Source: Lingula anatina
Lineage: Eukaryota; Animalia; Brachiopoda
Assembly: GCA_051362555.1 (NCBI GenBank)
Contig: CM120641.1
Location: 806,001-870,000, forward strand
DNA length: 64,000 bases
Direction of reading: 5' to 3'
The position numbers and the translations under genes are program-made. Shown piece by piece: positions 40,701 through 54,200 of this stretch. The notes under the pieces were generated by a model, which saw nothing but the letters and a program-made list of their open reading frames with translations, was not told where the DNA came from and did no database searches. Every line of letters starts with the position of its first letter. Position 1 is the stretch's first letter.

Positions 40701-43700
40701 GTAGAATCAGAAATAGAATAGTTCGTATACAAATGTCCATTTGGTTTCTTTCATGAAAAAGTACAATAAATGTTGCTTACAATTACCTTGACATTGAAAA
40801 TAACATTGATACTGTAATCTATAAAGTAAAATGTATAATGCAATTAACACATTCAACTTGGCAAATGTGTCTCATTCATTTAATTCAAATCAAAGTCACT
40901 CATGTTTGAATGACAAAAGGTCAACATGAAAATCTTCAGTACGGTATCAACTGGGGCATCAAAAATTCACTTAACAAGAGAACTAGAAGCAATTTTGTGT
41001 CAGTAAGGAATATTGGTACCGTATTAAATATTATACAGATGTGTCTTATGTTTTTTCTATCTCAATTTCCCTTATTCTTTATAGATGAAGACATACTGCA
41101 GACCTCCAAGGTTAAATGTAAATAATAATAATAACAAGGCAGCAAAGCTGTCAAATGTACAGACAAAAACAGGAAATAACTATGCACAAAATAGGCTACT
41201 GTCAATTCTGATGCAAAAATACATTATATTAAACTGCAAATTCAACATCAAATTTTAATTATCCTCAACAGGTAATACCGATGTAATTAAAATATGTGAC
41301 AAGTTTACACTTTGAAAATGTATAACTTCCAGAAAAAGAAGTTCCTTAGACTGCTTTTCCAACTCAGACTGCATTTTAGTCCTGTATTTCTTTTTTGAAA
41401 GTTTGGCAATTATAAGTAACATGGTTTTCCCATAATGGTCATCATGGCAGCAGCACCCAAAATTGTGTTTTCTTCTATTCTGATGCAATATTACATAATG
41501 GTTAACAGCATAATAACTCAATTTTAATAATAAAATATACGTATCATGGATTTTCAGAAAATGTGACTAGCATGGGTCTTCAAGCCCGTGGAACTTCAAA
41601 GTCACACCTTGAAAATGCCAATATGTGAAAAATTATATTTTCACAAAATAACTGTTTAACTGGCAGCAAGAATTACCAAACAGACTGTATTTCCTACTGA
41701 AGCTGTATTTTAGTCCCATGTTTCTTTCCTGTAAGTTTGAGGACAGTAAATGACATGGTTTTTCTTAAATGGTCATCATGGGAGCAGTGCCCAAAATAGT
41801 TTTTTTTTTCAAATTTTGATGCAATATTACATAATGTTTAACAGCATAATGACCATCAACTTTAATAATAAAATATTAGTATTATGGATATTCAGAAAAT
41901 GTGACTAGCAAAGGTCTTCAGGCCCATGGAACTTCAAAGTCACAACTTGAAAATGCCAAAATGTAAACGAGACAGCACTGTTCTGAAATGTTTTTTTTTT
42001 TCCATTTTTAACAATTTTTAACATAAAACAAAATTATCAGTTTTCTGCCGTTTTTATATGATAAACTAAGAAAATTGATGAGATGGGAAAAATATCAACA
42101 GAGCAGTGTTAAATGTCCAATCTCTTCCATTCTGAGATTCTGAACATAGTGAATGATTGAATCTGACAAACTGCAATGATATGAGTTTATTTCCATTTTT
42201 GAAACTTTATTACACAATACACGATAACAAGTTTACCATCATTTTTACATAATCAACTAATAATGTTGTAAAATTGCAGGAAATGCCAAACAAACACTTT
42301 TACCTATCTTATTAGTTCAATAATGAAACTGTTTACATGCCTAAGAATTAAATCTGGAAAATGTGAAAAAACTGCATTTCTTTAAAATAATGGCCCGATT
42401 ATGCTGATTTTTTAACTCAACCTGCGTTTTAGCAGGAATGACAACTCCTGTGAGTTTAATGACAATTGGCCTATCTGTTTTTCTTATATTGTGTTTACAG
42501 TGTTGCATATATGCTGAAAAGTGAAAAAAAAAGCATAACTACTAAAATAGTGGCCCGATCATGCCGATTTTCGAACTTGACCTGCATTTTATGAATATTC
42601 ATCAGCTCTGTAAATATACAGCCAAAAAGTAAAACTGCCTTCCACTTATCGTGTTTACAATGAAAGTGCATGGCGCCGGCGACAGCGACAGTGACGGCAA
42701 CGACAGATGCAGGTGATGGCAATATGTACAGACACATCTGTACATATTAACTGTACTGTTTGAGAACAGTAAGTGACATGGTTTTTCTTATATGGTCATC
42801 ATGGGAGCAGTGCCCAAAATAGGTTTTTTTCAAATTTTGATGCAATATTATATAATGTTTAACAGCATAATGATCATCAATTTTTAATAATAAAATATTA
42901 GTATCATGGACAAATAGTAAACGTGACTAACAAAGGTTTTTAGGCCGATGGAACTTCAAAGTCACACCTTCAAAATGCCAAAATGTAAACAAGACTGCAC
43001 TGTTCTGAAATGGGTTTATTTCCATTTTTAACACTTTTTTAACATAAAACAAAATTAATAGGTTACTGCCATTTTTATAAGATCAACTAAGAAAATTGAT
43101 GAGATGTGAAAAATATCAATAGAACAGTGTTAAATGTCCAATTTCTTCCATTCTGAGATTCTGAACATAGTGAATGATTGAATCTGACAAACTGCAATGA
43201 TATGAGTTTATTTCCATTTTTGACACTTTATTACACAATACACGATAACAAGTTTACCATCATTTTTACATAATCAACTAACAATGTTGTAAAGAGGCAG
43301 GAAATGTCAAACAAACACTTTTACGTATCTTATTACTTAAATAATAAGGCTATTAACATGCCTAAGAATTAAATCTGAGGAAATCTGAGGAAATGTGAAA
43401 AACAGCATAACTTCTAAAATAATGCCCCGATTATGCTGATTTTCGAACTTGACCTGCGTTTTAGTAAGATTGATTATTCCTGTGAGTGTCATGACAACAG
43501 GCCTAACGGTTTTCCTTAAAATGTGTTTACAAGGTTGCATATATGCTGAAAAGTGAAAAAACAGCATAACTTCTACAATAATGGCCCGATCATGCTGATT
43601 TTCGAACTTGACCTGCGTTTTATTAATATTCATCAGCTCTGTAAATATAAAGCCAAAAAGTAAAACTGCCTTCCACTTATCGTGTTTACAAGGAAAGTGC

Positions 43701-46700
43701 ACGGCGACGGCATCGCCATCGGCGACGACAGACGCAGGTGATGGCAATATGTACAGACACATCTGTGTCTGTACATAAAAAAACCCTCTTTATAAAATAT
43801 TAGAAGGACACCCCCTCTCAATTCAGTTGGAATTGTACAACTGGTTTCCCTCTGGAATAATGAACATTTTATCAAATGTTGCAAATAATTTTTTGAGTTG
43901 TCTTGTTAATTCAGATCCAGGTATTGTGTCAATACCAGAGGTGTGTAAGTACCAGTACAACCAGATTTCATGACTCCCAGCTGCCAGAAGTTTGCCTAAG
44001 AACCACTGATGATGTTGAAACAGCATCCAAAGAGACATTATAAACTGTAGAACTAGTGTAGATTTATGCTTACTTTTTTTCTTTAATTCAAAAAGAAATT
44101 GCATGCAGTAATGTGTACAGTAACATGAAAACCACATGGGAATACTGAAAAGTTGCAAAATATTTTTTTTCAAATTCATGTTCAGTAACAAGTCAGTGAA
44201 ATTTAAATCCACTAAATAAGTGACACTTTTGAAAATAAGGAAGTCAAGAGTTCCATTGTGGTTAGCTTCCAGAGAGCTTTAGTTGAATTTCAGTGATAAA
44301 CCTGGGTAATTCAAATATGGTTAACTTGGTTACAGAGCAAAATGTTCATGTTATCAACTGACTTCAGCTAACTCTGGTGACAGGAGTAGTAATACTACAG
44401 CTATACATGATGTCAAGTGGCACGAATGGCTCTATTGATTCTGCTTAATGAAAGACATTATCTACATCAGGGTGTGTCTACTTTCTATACAGATAGGGAT
44501 ATATGAAATCAGTGAAAATTAAGGATTTTTAAGTTAAATCAAAATCTTGAGCCTCCCGCCCCCCTCCCCTTCACCTAGTATAAAAGGTCCGATGTGCAGA
44601 TTTTGGCAAAGTCATGTTTTTTCCCAATCAAAACAGGATGCATATGCTTACCACTTACCATCCGCCCACACCCAAAATTATCCACACAAATCATTAGATC
44701 ATTTGTATACATAATTGATAAATTATACAGACATGCCATGCTAACATGCTACCGACAGACACAGGTGGATACTAACCCTTCTACCAGAGGTTCAGTGACT
44801 GGTTTGGAGAAATAGGAATTCAACAGAGCTATCCTCTTTTACTCTAGTTAGTATTTTAATTTCTTAGTGTACTAGAAAAAACCTAGAATTATAAATCACC
44901 AGTGTGATTCTTTTTTACAAGCTTTGTGGTGGTTTTTGCTATTTGTGCTGTCAGAACTGTGCCTCTTTCAACCACTAATAAGAGGTTTAAATGGGGAAGA
45001 CTTTAAATAATAAAGAATGTAACAAGTGCACTTTTTATTTAAGGGGAATTTTTAAAGTAATTCTGATGCAACATTATCCAATGTAGCAGTATTAGTCCTT
45101 TTCTGAATGCTAAAAAACTGATTAGATGTCAAGATGAAAACTTGTGATTTTCCAAATAAAATGCTAAGACAAAAGCTTCTTTATTAAAATCTTAAAAAAA
45201 AAAATTGACCACAGATTCAGTGTCATTCAGACTGATGCAGTAAATCATCAGAATATTAAAAACTAGGCTTGGGTGGACCATACAATTTTTTGCTTACATA
45301 TTTTTATCTTCAAATATCTTTTTTGCTGATATTCAATAGATTTGGTTCATACATTCTGAAATTTTCACACTGTACCATTTCATCTTACCTATCAGATCTT
45401 TTCTCTACCTCCTGTAGGTGTGACATGTTTTCTTTCACAAGTTTTCCTCTGATCCCAAGCTCTGCACTGCCACCTTTACTCTAACACTATTATCCAAACT
45501 GTCCACCTTCTTCATACCTTCATGTTTTTATTTTATTCCATCAGCTTTTTTAGAGGTAAATTCCTTATTCCTTATCAGACAGAACCTCAGCAGCAGAACC
45601 TCAGCTCTAAAGAACCAACCAGTACTACATATTGAGGTGGGGTTAGCTGAACACACCACACAGCTGAGACACCTCACCAACACACCAGCCCCTCCACAAA
45701 AACTCCAGAGGAGATCCACTAGAATTCTTCTATTCATAAAATGAACCAAAGAAATATTGACTCATAGACTCCACATCTGCAGCTATTTTTCCTCCACCCC
45801 TCCTTCCTTCATTTTTTTTTCAATCTGCTGACTATTTTTTAGTACTATTCTACAATGTGATATTCCTTCCTTGTCGGCCAACTGTCGCCAGGTATTTCTC
45901 ACACTGAGGGATAATTGGCCCAGCCACATGTTGCCGATTCATGAATGCACTTGCGGAACTTGGAGACAAAATGTTTCAGTGCTCTATGTAGGCATTTCCT
46001 TGACTGTTTTTTTATCACACGCACACATTGTCACAAAGAAGATTTAAGTAGACAAGTTTAAAGTTTCAGGTGTGGTTACATAAAAGATGGGTTGCCCTTT
46101 CTCTGACGTAACCTGCTAACTCCAGCACAAGCAGTTAAGCTAAACTTTCCTCCTTATGATTCCACCATACAACAAGTCAAGGTAGGGAAACCAAGGGGTT
46201 TCAGAATCTAAAATAGAATAATTTGCCACCTATTGTCTGTTGATGTCAACAGGCTTTTTAAAGTCTTAAGTCAGTCCAGTTGTGAACACGGCTCAACTTG
46301 CCCTGTCACCATCACATTCCACACCCATGCCCCATCCATGTGGACAACAAGATATTAAATATAGATATAGAATACAACACAGTGCACTGGCTCTCGTATC
46401 TTCCTCCACGATAATAAAATATGAAAGTGCTTATGTCATACATATGCCAAAGAAAACTTTTTCAATTATCCACTGAAAGGCTTCTGTGGTGTGGTCGGCT
46501 GCTCTCAGCCTTCTTCTCTATTCACTTGGGGGAAGACCTACATTCCCCTCCACTTCATTAGGGATGCCAGGAAACTACTGGGCCCACATAGGCTGCTTTG
46601 GGAGGATTTGGGAATGCATTTTGAAGATCTTTATTAATTGCAAAACAAATATGGGCTATTGCAACATATGGTCTTCTGCGAGTCACTCATGATCAGAAGT

Positions 46701-49700
46701 CCTAGCTTTTTTAGAAATAAGTACTACTGAAGGAGTGCTGTTTTGTGCAAGAATAATTTTAAAAAAATTAAATAAATAAAACAACTGAAAATAAAATACC
46801 TCATAAAAGATTGAATAGAATATGCTGTGTAATCAAAAATTCTTTTAAATTTCATAATGAACCCTCCTCCCACTGAAGTGGATAAGAACTTAGACTAGAA
46901 CAGGATGGGATTGTTAAGGATGGCTTGTTGGCCTTCAAGCTGAACTGAAACCCCTCTAAAATACAGGTTAATTTATGAATTGACTTTAGGAATTTAAAAT
47001 ACAACAAATCAGAAAGCCCACATTTATGTGCATTGTGTAATTATTAAGAGAATTGAAAAGAAGCTATAGAAATTAAAAAAAAAACTGCATTATTTTTGGA
47101 AGGGGGGGGGGTATTTAGCAAAATCATTATCACAAATTTATGATCAAATCCTTGTTTTTTTTTTATTAACAACTATGACTTGAAACCCAGTTTAAAAAAT
47201 CCAAACCAGATCACCACACTTGGGCTTTTATTTCAATGACTTTTAAGAGACTAAGAACAGTTATTAGTTATAGGAGGCTAATTACAGTAGCTAGTCTGAC
47301 TTATTCTTGGGTTGTGGCTCTCATTAAAATCAGAGCTGTTGCAAATGTAATTAGTTACTGGAGTGAACTGAGTGGGAGTGGAGAGACCCAGAGGTCAAAT
47401 TTCCACAGGTAAAAACTTCATGCAAGACATGTGGCAGAACAGAAGTCGAATTAATAGCAATTGTAGCAGTCATCAGGGTCATAAAACTGAGTCCGTAATA
47501 GTCTCTGCATGCAGACATATTGGGCTGTTCATTAATTTGTACTGGGAAAGGAAGAGACTGGATTATTTTTAATATCAGGTTAATGACGGGTTCACCCAGA
47601 GTTTCGGGGACCATTCCCACAGATATTTGATCGTTTTATTTCCCTGGGGAGTCTAACTAAATTGCTGTCAACTTCCAGATGGATCGATCTAGGCATGGGA
47701 ACCCAGTCTCAGTGTCCAGAGAAATGACTGCCATCTTGTGACATGTCTGATATAAAATATCACAGTAACAAAACGGTTCCCATTTTATGATATTGTGGAC
47801 ATGGTCAATCCACTTTGGGGGCTTTATGAAACTGCCTAGGCATCTTTTCATTTATATTTTGCGGGGGGGGGGGGGGGGGGGGGGGGGTATTTAACAACCC
47901 ATATCCATAGATTTTTAGATCGATCTATCCCTGTGGAGGGTCTCACTAGATTACTGTCAGCTTGGCCGGCTTAAGCGTCTGTCCCGCCTACTAAAAGCTG
48001 TAAGGAGGTAATTAACTATGGTGCCCGCTCGGCTGACTGCAATTTAGCATGAACCCCCAGGGAGTTAGGTCGATCTAAAACTTAATCTTTAGATCGATCT
48101 AAATCTCTGGGAAAGCACCCTAAGATGCTTTTCTGTCACAGGGGTAACAATAACCTATCCCTAATTTCAGATAATAGTTGTCACCTGCTTGTCTAACAAT
48201 TTGTGAAAAAGGGATAGCAAATTTTAATATCACACCATTTATATGTTCAGAGTTCAACAGACCATTTCTACACAGTTCACTGCTGCTTTTACCTTTCTCA
48301 AATCAGAGCAGAGAATTTGTTAAAACATTGCTGCTCATGATCATACATAAAGTTGAATGAACAGATGGACAGGCAGTACGAGAAAATAATTGTTAAGAGC
48401 AACAGGGCATATTGTGCTCATTAAGAACAACAAATAAATAAGAGTATATCTATGATATATGATATATGATTGAACCAGGGAGTAAGAGGAGATTGGGCAA
48501 ACTCTGGACTTGTACTACTATACTGTACTGTGTCTAAAATTAATGCTACAAAAATAAATAAATAAATGAATGAATAAATAAATAAATTACGAAAATATTA
48601 TATAAAAAAGACAATCCTTGACAGTGGGACTGTCACTGCTATGAGGGTGAGTGGTTCTTTTGCCCCCTGACTCCATGTGACACCATTCAACTCTGTATCC
48701 AACCTGGACTACTGTGCAATACATTGCGTGGGTGGTAAGCACTTGCTATATCGGAGTGAAGGCAGCACACATCATATCATATCATATCATATCATATCAT
48801 ATCATATCATATCACATCACATCACATCACATCACATCATATCATCAGAGAAAAAAAGAACATAAATTATTGTGTCTCTGCTTGTTTCAACAGTTCTTAG
48901 AAACCTTCAAAATAAAAATAAAAGTGTATAAATTCATTACTGAAGTACTCTATTTAATTTCCAATGCCAAGATGGCCAATTGTTTCCTAGATCTTTTTAT
49001 AACTGTCAATTGTAATAACCTTGTAAAGTTTGGTTACCCAAACTCTCCATTACATGATCTTGCTAATAAACATTTTTCTTTCCTAACTTAAGTAGTTTTA
49101 ATGTTTTAAATTGATATATATGTCTTTTGTTTAATTGACAAAAGCAGTAAGTTTGACACATCCAAGTAACTACATTAGACTATATTCCCAGCATAGATGA
49201 GCAGTCTGGCATATACTAAATAGCACACTTTCTACTGAAAGCTAACATTTTTCCATCCATCTTTTACAATACTTTCTAATATTTTTCAAATAACTATTCT
49301 GAGCATTCCCATGTAATAAAACAAATCAAATCTTTCCTCTTAACATTAAGTTTACAAAAGAAAGTATTTAACGGACCATCTTAAACTTCAAAGACCCAAA
49401 CTCATATAGCTGATGAAATATAATCAAGACTCTGACATAATCTATCAATTAATTAATTATCAAATCATCACATTAAACTGGAACCAGCTATTTTTCATTT
49501 TACAAGAGATACGAAAAAATTATTCATGACAGTATCTCATTGCTTCTGTTCTTCCTTGATTTTTCCCCTTTCAGCCATTCCATGGGCAATACTTGTAAAA
49601 TGACTGTCGTTTCTTATCAGTGAGATCAAGATGGTGATCCAAAGTACCCACTCCACAGCGTTCTAAATGCATACAATACAGAGAGCTGATCAGCCACTAA

Positions 49701-52700
49701 TAACTGATTGCCGACAGAAATTACCACATCAAGTGGCGATTTCTGATTATTTCAGTAAATTTTCCATTTTCAGACTTTACTCTGCTCTCGAGGTCAGCCT
49801 CAATTTCCTGTCTTCACCTACATTGCAGCAGAACAAAATTCTTCTCTTCTTTTTTTTTTTAAAAATCAGGGTCACTTTACAGCTACAGCCTGGCAGCCAT
49901 TTGCAAAATGATTATCAAACAGTTTTTTCAGAGGGTGGAGTTTCTGAAAAAGTCAGACTGAGAATATTAGTCTGACATTTAAGCTTACCCTAAACAAATT
50001 CAAATTTAAGAAGATATATGTGCAAGAAGACAACAATATTTTTCTCACTAGAATTAATTGCAATGTGACAAAATACTGTAGATTTTTGACTGAAAACCAT
50101 GAATGAATAAATCAAACTTGTGGAAGTTTAAGGAATTATATAATGATAATAAAAAAGATTTAACTAAAAATATATTAATTTTTTTCTTACATCTGATTGA
50201 AAGGTTCAGTTATCAAGGAATAAAACTTTTTTTACAGATATGGCAACAAGTAGCTTGGTAACTACTGTTAATGAATTTCCCAACTTAATTCACAACAGGT
50301 GTCATCTACTCCAGTATATCCTCATGAATGGTAAGTTTTAAATTACCAATTTTCACCATCCCTGTCAGGTAATTTATTTACAAAAACACTACTGATTATC
50401 TCCCTAATAAACACAGTGTAAGCTGCCCACACTGGGGGAGCACTGGGCTCTGGTCAATGGATTAGGGTGGCTAATTTCTAATCTTAATGAAATATCAACA
50501 ATCCAACATTGGAACGTGAACTAGTTATCGTGAATTAGTTATCCCTACGTTTTCAAAGCACAGCTACAGAAACATGTCTTTGACATCGACATTGACTACA
50601 AGTCTATAAAATCATAAATCTTTGGACTGGGCATAACTTAAGATGCTCACCACTTTTTATTTGTGGCCTTGCATCAAATCTAAATGCCAGTGGTCCACTC
50701 CAAGTATTCCAGCCCATTTCCTTGTCCAGTCTATATGGAAGGGATATACCAACATTTACACTCATGCATGGCCATAAAGTGACCATCCCTCAGTCTTATC
50801 CATGGTTCTGATCTCTATAAAATACTACAACAAGAAAACATGGATTATGGCACGTCAACAATTTCTTCCCTCCATTCATCCACAGTGTTGGACCTGAACC
50901 AATCAAATGATGCCATGAACATGGATGGGGAGTGTTTGACACACTTCCTGTAGGAAAGAAGTATGTACCTTATCTAGATACTCATTTCTAATCAAGCACT
51001 TTATCTGGGCCCCCAGGCCTCCACTTCCTGTCTCTACTGGGACCTGGCAGACCATGGATCATCCTTGTTCAGGGCCTTATGTAATTTAGGTGTCGGCCTT
51101 GTCAAGGGATAGCTCTTGGAGTTGATCTGATATCTTTCTATGTTTGGATTGGGATTGCTTGCAAAAAGGCACTGTGATTAAAATTATATTTTGAAATACA
51201 TTAATATATATATATTTTTTAATAATGAGAGGATTTTAAATTAATATTTTGGTAAATCAAGTTATGATTTTTATAATTCACCCTCCTCTTAAACTTTGTA
51301 AAATAATTTTTTATAGTATAAACTATTTCATAATAAATGATGTACTCATTGATACCTGATGTTAATTATATAAATATTCTCTGACCATATTATCAAGAAT
51401 GCATTATTATTATTATTATTTGGTAAAATATTTCTGATATTATATGTATATTTCTTGATAAAAAAAACTGCATATTCTACTAAAAATATGATACATTTTT
51501 TAATTGTTTTTCTTAAAATAAAAGACATAAAGGGCAAATAAATAAAAACCACAAGATCTGCCTTTTCCCAATTTTGAAATAACTAGGTGGCAACCTTAAC
51601 AAAAAATTCCCATCATTTATGAAAAAACACACAAAACAAGCCCAAAATAGTCAGATTTATCCCTACTGCCACAAAACATTCCCTTTGACAGGTTTCCTTA
51701 ATAAACAATTCAACTTTGCTGCAAGTATGGTGTCTGTATACTATGTAAATAAAAAAATCTCAGACAATTTCAGTGACATATTTGCAAATTCATTCCAATG
51801 TCGAGTAGTTTTAAAAATGATATAGAAAGAAGATGGAGAAGGATAAACGTGTGACAATGTCAGACTCCTACACAGTTAATATATCTTTAAAACAGAACTA
51901 ATTATAACTTGCTATTATTCAAGAGTGATTTCAATTTCTTTTTACTGAGTACATATTGAAGACCTGTCATCCTAAGCATACTAATATAAAGTATAATATA
52001 AAATGTCTTGAAATCTTCAGAGTTCTACAAGTGGATGAATGTGTAACTCTATTATACAAGAATACTGATAACCTAACACAGACATCTGTGGTGGCAGCTT
52101 TGAGGAATATTCCACACTGAATACTTTTATATATAAGAGTCTCAGAAAACCTTAAAAATTACAAGTGGGCTTTGACCTCTGCATCGCAATAATTTGTGTG
52201 GACAAACTGAACTTATTGTACTACTTTAAAAGTTCTCACAAAGTCAATATTAAATCAATAATGTTTTTAAAATGATAAAGAAAGATGGTGAAGGTAATAC
52301 ATGTGACAACTGTATACACAACTGAAATCAAAAGTGATATTAATACATCATTAATGTAAATTAATATGCAAACAAGTTATATCTTTGGGAAAAATAAAAA
52401 ATAAAATTCAATATGGTTATCAGAGCCACTGCCTATTTAGTTTTGGGTAATATGACACATTTACCTTTAGAATCATACTTATTTTTACTGTTTTTTATTA
52501 TTTTTGGGAGGGTGGGTATTAAGAAGTAGACAGATGATTATTAAAAGGGCATACCAATGTCATCAACTGGGCAGGCTTTTCTTTATCTTATGTCATTTAG
52601 TAATCATTGTTAATTATTTTCTATTAAAACTCGTTTAGCAAAATCACACCAAAATTGATTTCTAAATAAGCATATAAATAAATTGACCCCCTCCCCCCCA

Positions 52701-52712
52701 AAAAAAAAAAAA

Positions 52713-52743
<31 letters not shown>

Positions 52744-53591
52744 CCAGAATGCAAAAATCCTCTATAAAATTATCCACTGCATCAATTAATGCATGGTCTT
52801 TACACATACCATTCATTAGATATGCTGCCACCATTTAGTAAATTGCATATGTAGCAACTATCAAGTCAACCTGTGCCGTGGCCATTACTGATGTTACATG
52901 AACTTATTAGATCACACCTAACTCAGATATTATCAGTGGAAATCAAATGACATCAATATAACTTCTAGCACTGGTAATTACCACAGCAATTAAATCAACA
53001 CCAGAAATCAATATTGCCAGTATCATGATTACTGGGAAACATCGTGAATTACAGGAGCAGGGTCAGGCATAAATAAAAAATATATATATGTAACAAACTA
53101 TGTACTACTCATTTAAATATGGTATCTCTGCCAATAACAAGTGTCTATCTGTGAATTGCAATCCTCCGGCAAATTAATCTTATGATAGGCGACTGAATGA
53201 GCGCTGCGTCCACTAACTACTTCCAGCGCCGTATCATTCAGTCCCCACATTCATTGATAACAAATTTATGAATGAGCTGCCATGGACCGTGCTGGAACAT
53301 GGCGGCGACTAGGGGCTGTTGGTTTCTAACGTCCCCATTGGCGTCCGGCCAGTTGTTAAGAAGGATAGGTGTTGTCAGTATAGAAAGTCAACTGTCCGAA
53401 TGTTATTTTAGAAAATGACACAACAACATACCAATTTTAGAAGAGTAAAATCCGCAGACCGATATTAAGGGCCACCACCTAAGTCGCGGACTGGCCCACA
53501 TAAAGCGGCCACGATGGCACCGCTGTGACACCCAGATCGCTTTTAAAATGAAATTTACTTACTCTTGGATTGACTCGCCTTCCTCTGACAT
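24446..53591 (-). CDS. SPRED: SPRED (Sprouty-related EVH1 domain protein), complete, 440 aa, 5 coding exons
   Basis: Minus-strand exons: 53591-53563 (MSEEGESIQ), 34236-34050 ([22 protein letters not shown]1), 31563-31398 ([31 protein letters not shown]), 25697-25645 (GDDDVFM), 25333-24446 (SYVQF/HDYQYP motif and Cys-rich Sprouty domain ending [11 protein letters not shown]). Lengths 29+187+166+53+888=1323 nt, phases consistent. Intron 1 is about 19.3 kb. Confidence 0.95.
26308..26493. repeat. 30-31-bp tandem repeat, about 6 copies, in a SPRED intron
   Basis: ATCACTATGGTTACTTCTCATATAAAAACA units. Confidence 0.9.
27557..27591. repeat. (GA)n microsatellite
   Basis: Dinucleotide run; similar runs at about 19432-19457 (CT) and 37719-37762 (GA). 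Confidence 0.9.
33560..33613. mobile_element. Solo terminal fragment of the 34750 MITE family
   Basis: CTACCAGTGAATTCAGGATAATTCGGTGCCGAGTCTGGTAGTTGGGCAGGCCTG matches 35013-35066. Confidence 0.75.
34750..35066. mobile_element. Long-TIR hAT-like MITE with a 5-bp TSD (TGGTC)
   Basis: Inverted arms of about 110 bp, CAGGCCTACCCAACTACC...GGTAGTTGGGTAGGCCTG; TGGTC at 34745-34749 and 35067-35071. Confidence 0.85.
36097..36271. mobile_element. Hairpin MITE (about 55-bp imperfect TIRs), probably Harbinger-type
   Basis: GAATAGGGGACTAACTA...GTCAAATATGGCGACCCACT is inverted as AGTGGGTCGGCCATATTTGAC...TAGTTAGTCCCCTATTC; no clean TSD. Confidence 0.7.
41133..43780 (+). mobile_element. Non-autonomous Helentron/HINE-like rolling-circle element with internal tandem duplications
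   Basis: Starts AACAAG in an A/T run; sub-terminal ATGTACAGACA (41155-41165) is complementary to the terminal hairpin TATGTACAGACACA-TC-TGTGTCTGTACATA (43748-43777), which is followed by an A run; GACG-rich stretch before the hairpin; about 1.02-kb duplication (41735-42741 vs 42758-43766); partial third copy about 41320-41625; about 160-bp internal sub-repeats. Confidence 0.65.
47607..47709 (-). mobile_element. Internally deleted copy of the 56440-type MITE
   Basis: Both ends match the ends of 56440-56667 in reverse complement (GACCATTCCCA.AGA and GATCGATCTAGG.ATGGGAACC.AGTCT). Confidence 0.6.
47895..48120 (-). mobile_element. PIF/Harbinger-type MITE, family A, copy 2 (226 bp, inverted)
   Basis: Reverse complement of 1062-1287 with few substitutions; TAA flanks at 47892-47894 and 48121-48123. 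Confidence 0.85.
48768..48846. repeat. (ATCAT/ATCAC)n pentanucleotide microsatellite
   Basis: About 15 units. Confidence 0.9.
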
Positions 53592-54200
53592 ATTATACGT
53601 TGACGTACACCATCATACTTTATAAGAAAATGGTCGTGAAACATCAACTCATCAGACAGGAAATGGTAACCTTACAGCACCCTCATTCATCTTGAGCCTG
53701 CGCAATAAATGAGTTCATAACTAGTTTCCCAGTGGAACTATATGGCGAACTTGAAAACTTCATATCATTATAACCTTCAAATATTTATATAAACATTAAG
53801 TTGAAATGCTCTATATTTATAAAATCCATGTTCTTAGAATCTTTCAAACGATTTCCGGAGTAACGCGGAATGATTTGGGGCACGTGCAAAGCCTCTTAAT
53901 GGCCTACCAAGTCAGTACACCAGTCCATGTACATTATGCAAATAATAAAGACCAAGGCAGATCTGTGCATAAGAGAAGGGCAAGCAGTTACTGGGCAAAA
54001 TGCCTTAATGCAACATTGCAACTCATTTCAGTCTCAAGCTACACAGTTGCTTTAAATTCATAGTTCTTTAGTAGTTGGACGAGTGGTGTATTTTCCTTAA
54101 AAGTTGCAAAAATTCCAGGGTACATTGATATTTCTCATGCAAATGTCGTCGTAGGCTGTCGACCAATCATATTTAGTTGTAAGTTGTGACGTCATTTGTA
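53160..54200 (-). promoter_or_regulatory. SPRED promoter and CpG-richer first exon region
   Basis: CpG-retaining stretch around SPRED exon 1; YY1-like AACATGGCGGCG near 53296, CACGTG 53881-53886, octamers ATGCAAAT at 53936 and 54137, CRE TGACGTCA 54187-54194. These are motif matches only. Confidence 0.45.

Noticed and set aside
42495-43762. Two paralogous-looking ORFs ([14 protein letters not shown]...)
   Set aside because: They arise from the duplicated non-coding repeat element, and the frames diverge through indels.
47863-47887. Poly-G run as a G-quadruplex element
   Set aside because: Simple homopolymer of unreliable length, with no supporting context.
53181-53243. Short hairpin GACTGAATGA-GCGCTG...CAGCGC-TCATTCAGTC as a pre-miRNA
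   Set aside because: The stem is only about 16 bp with a bulge; more likely a MITE remnant or chance.
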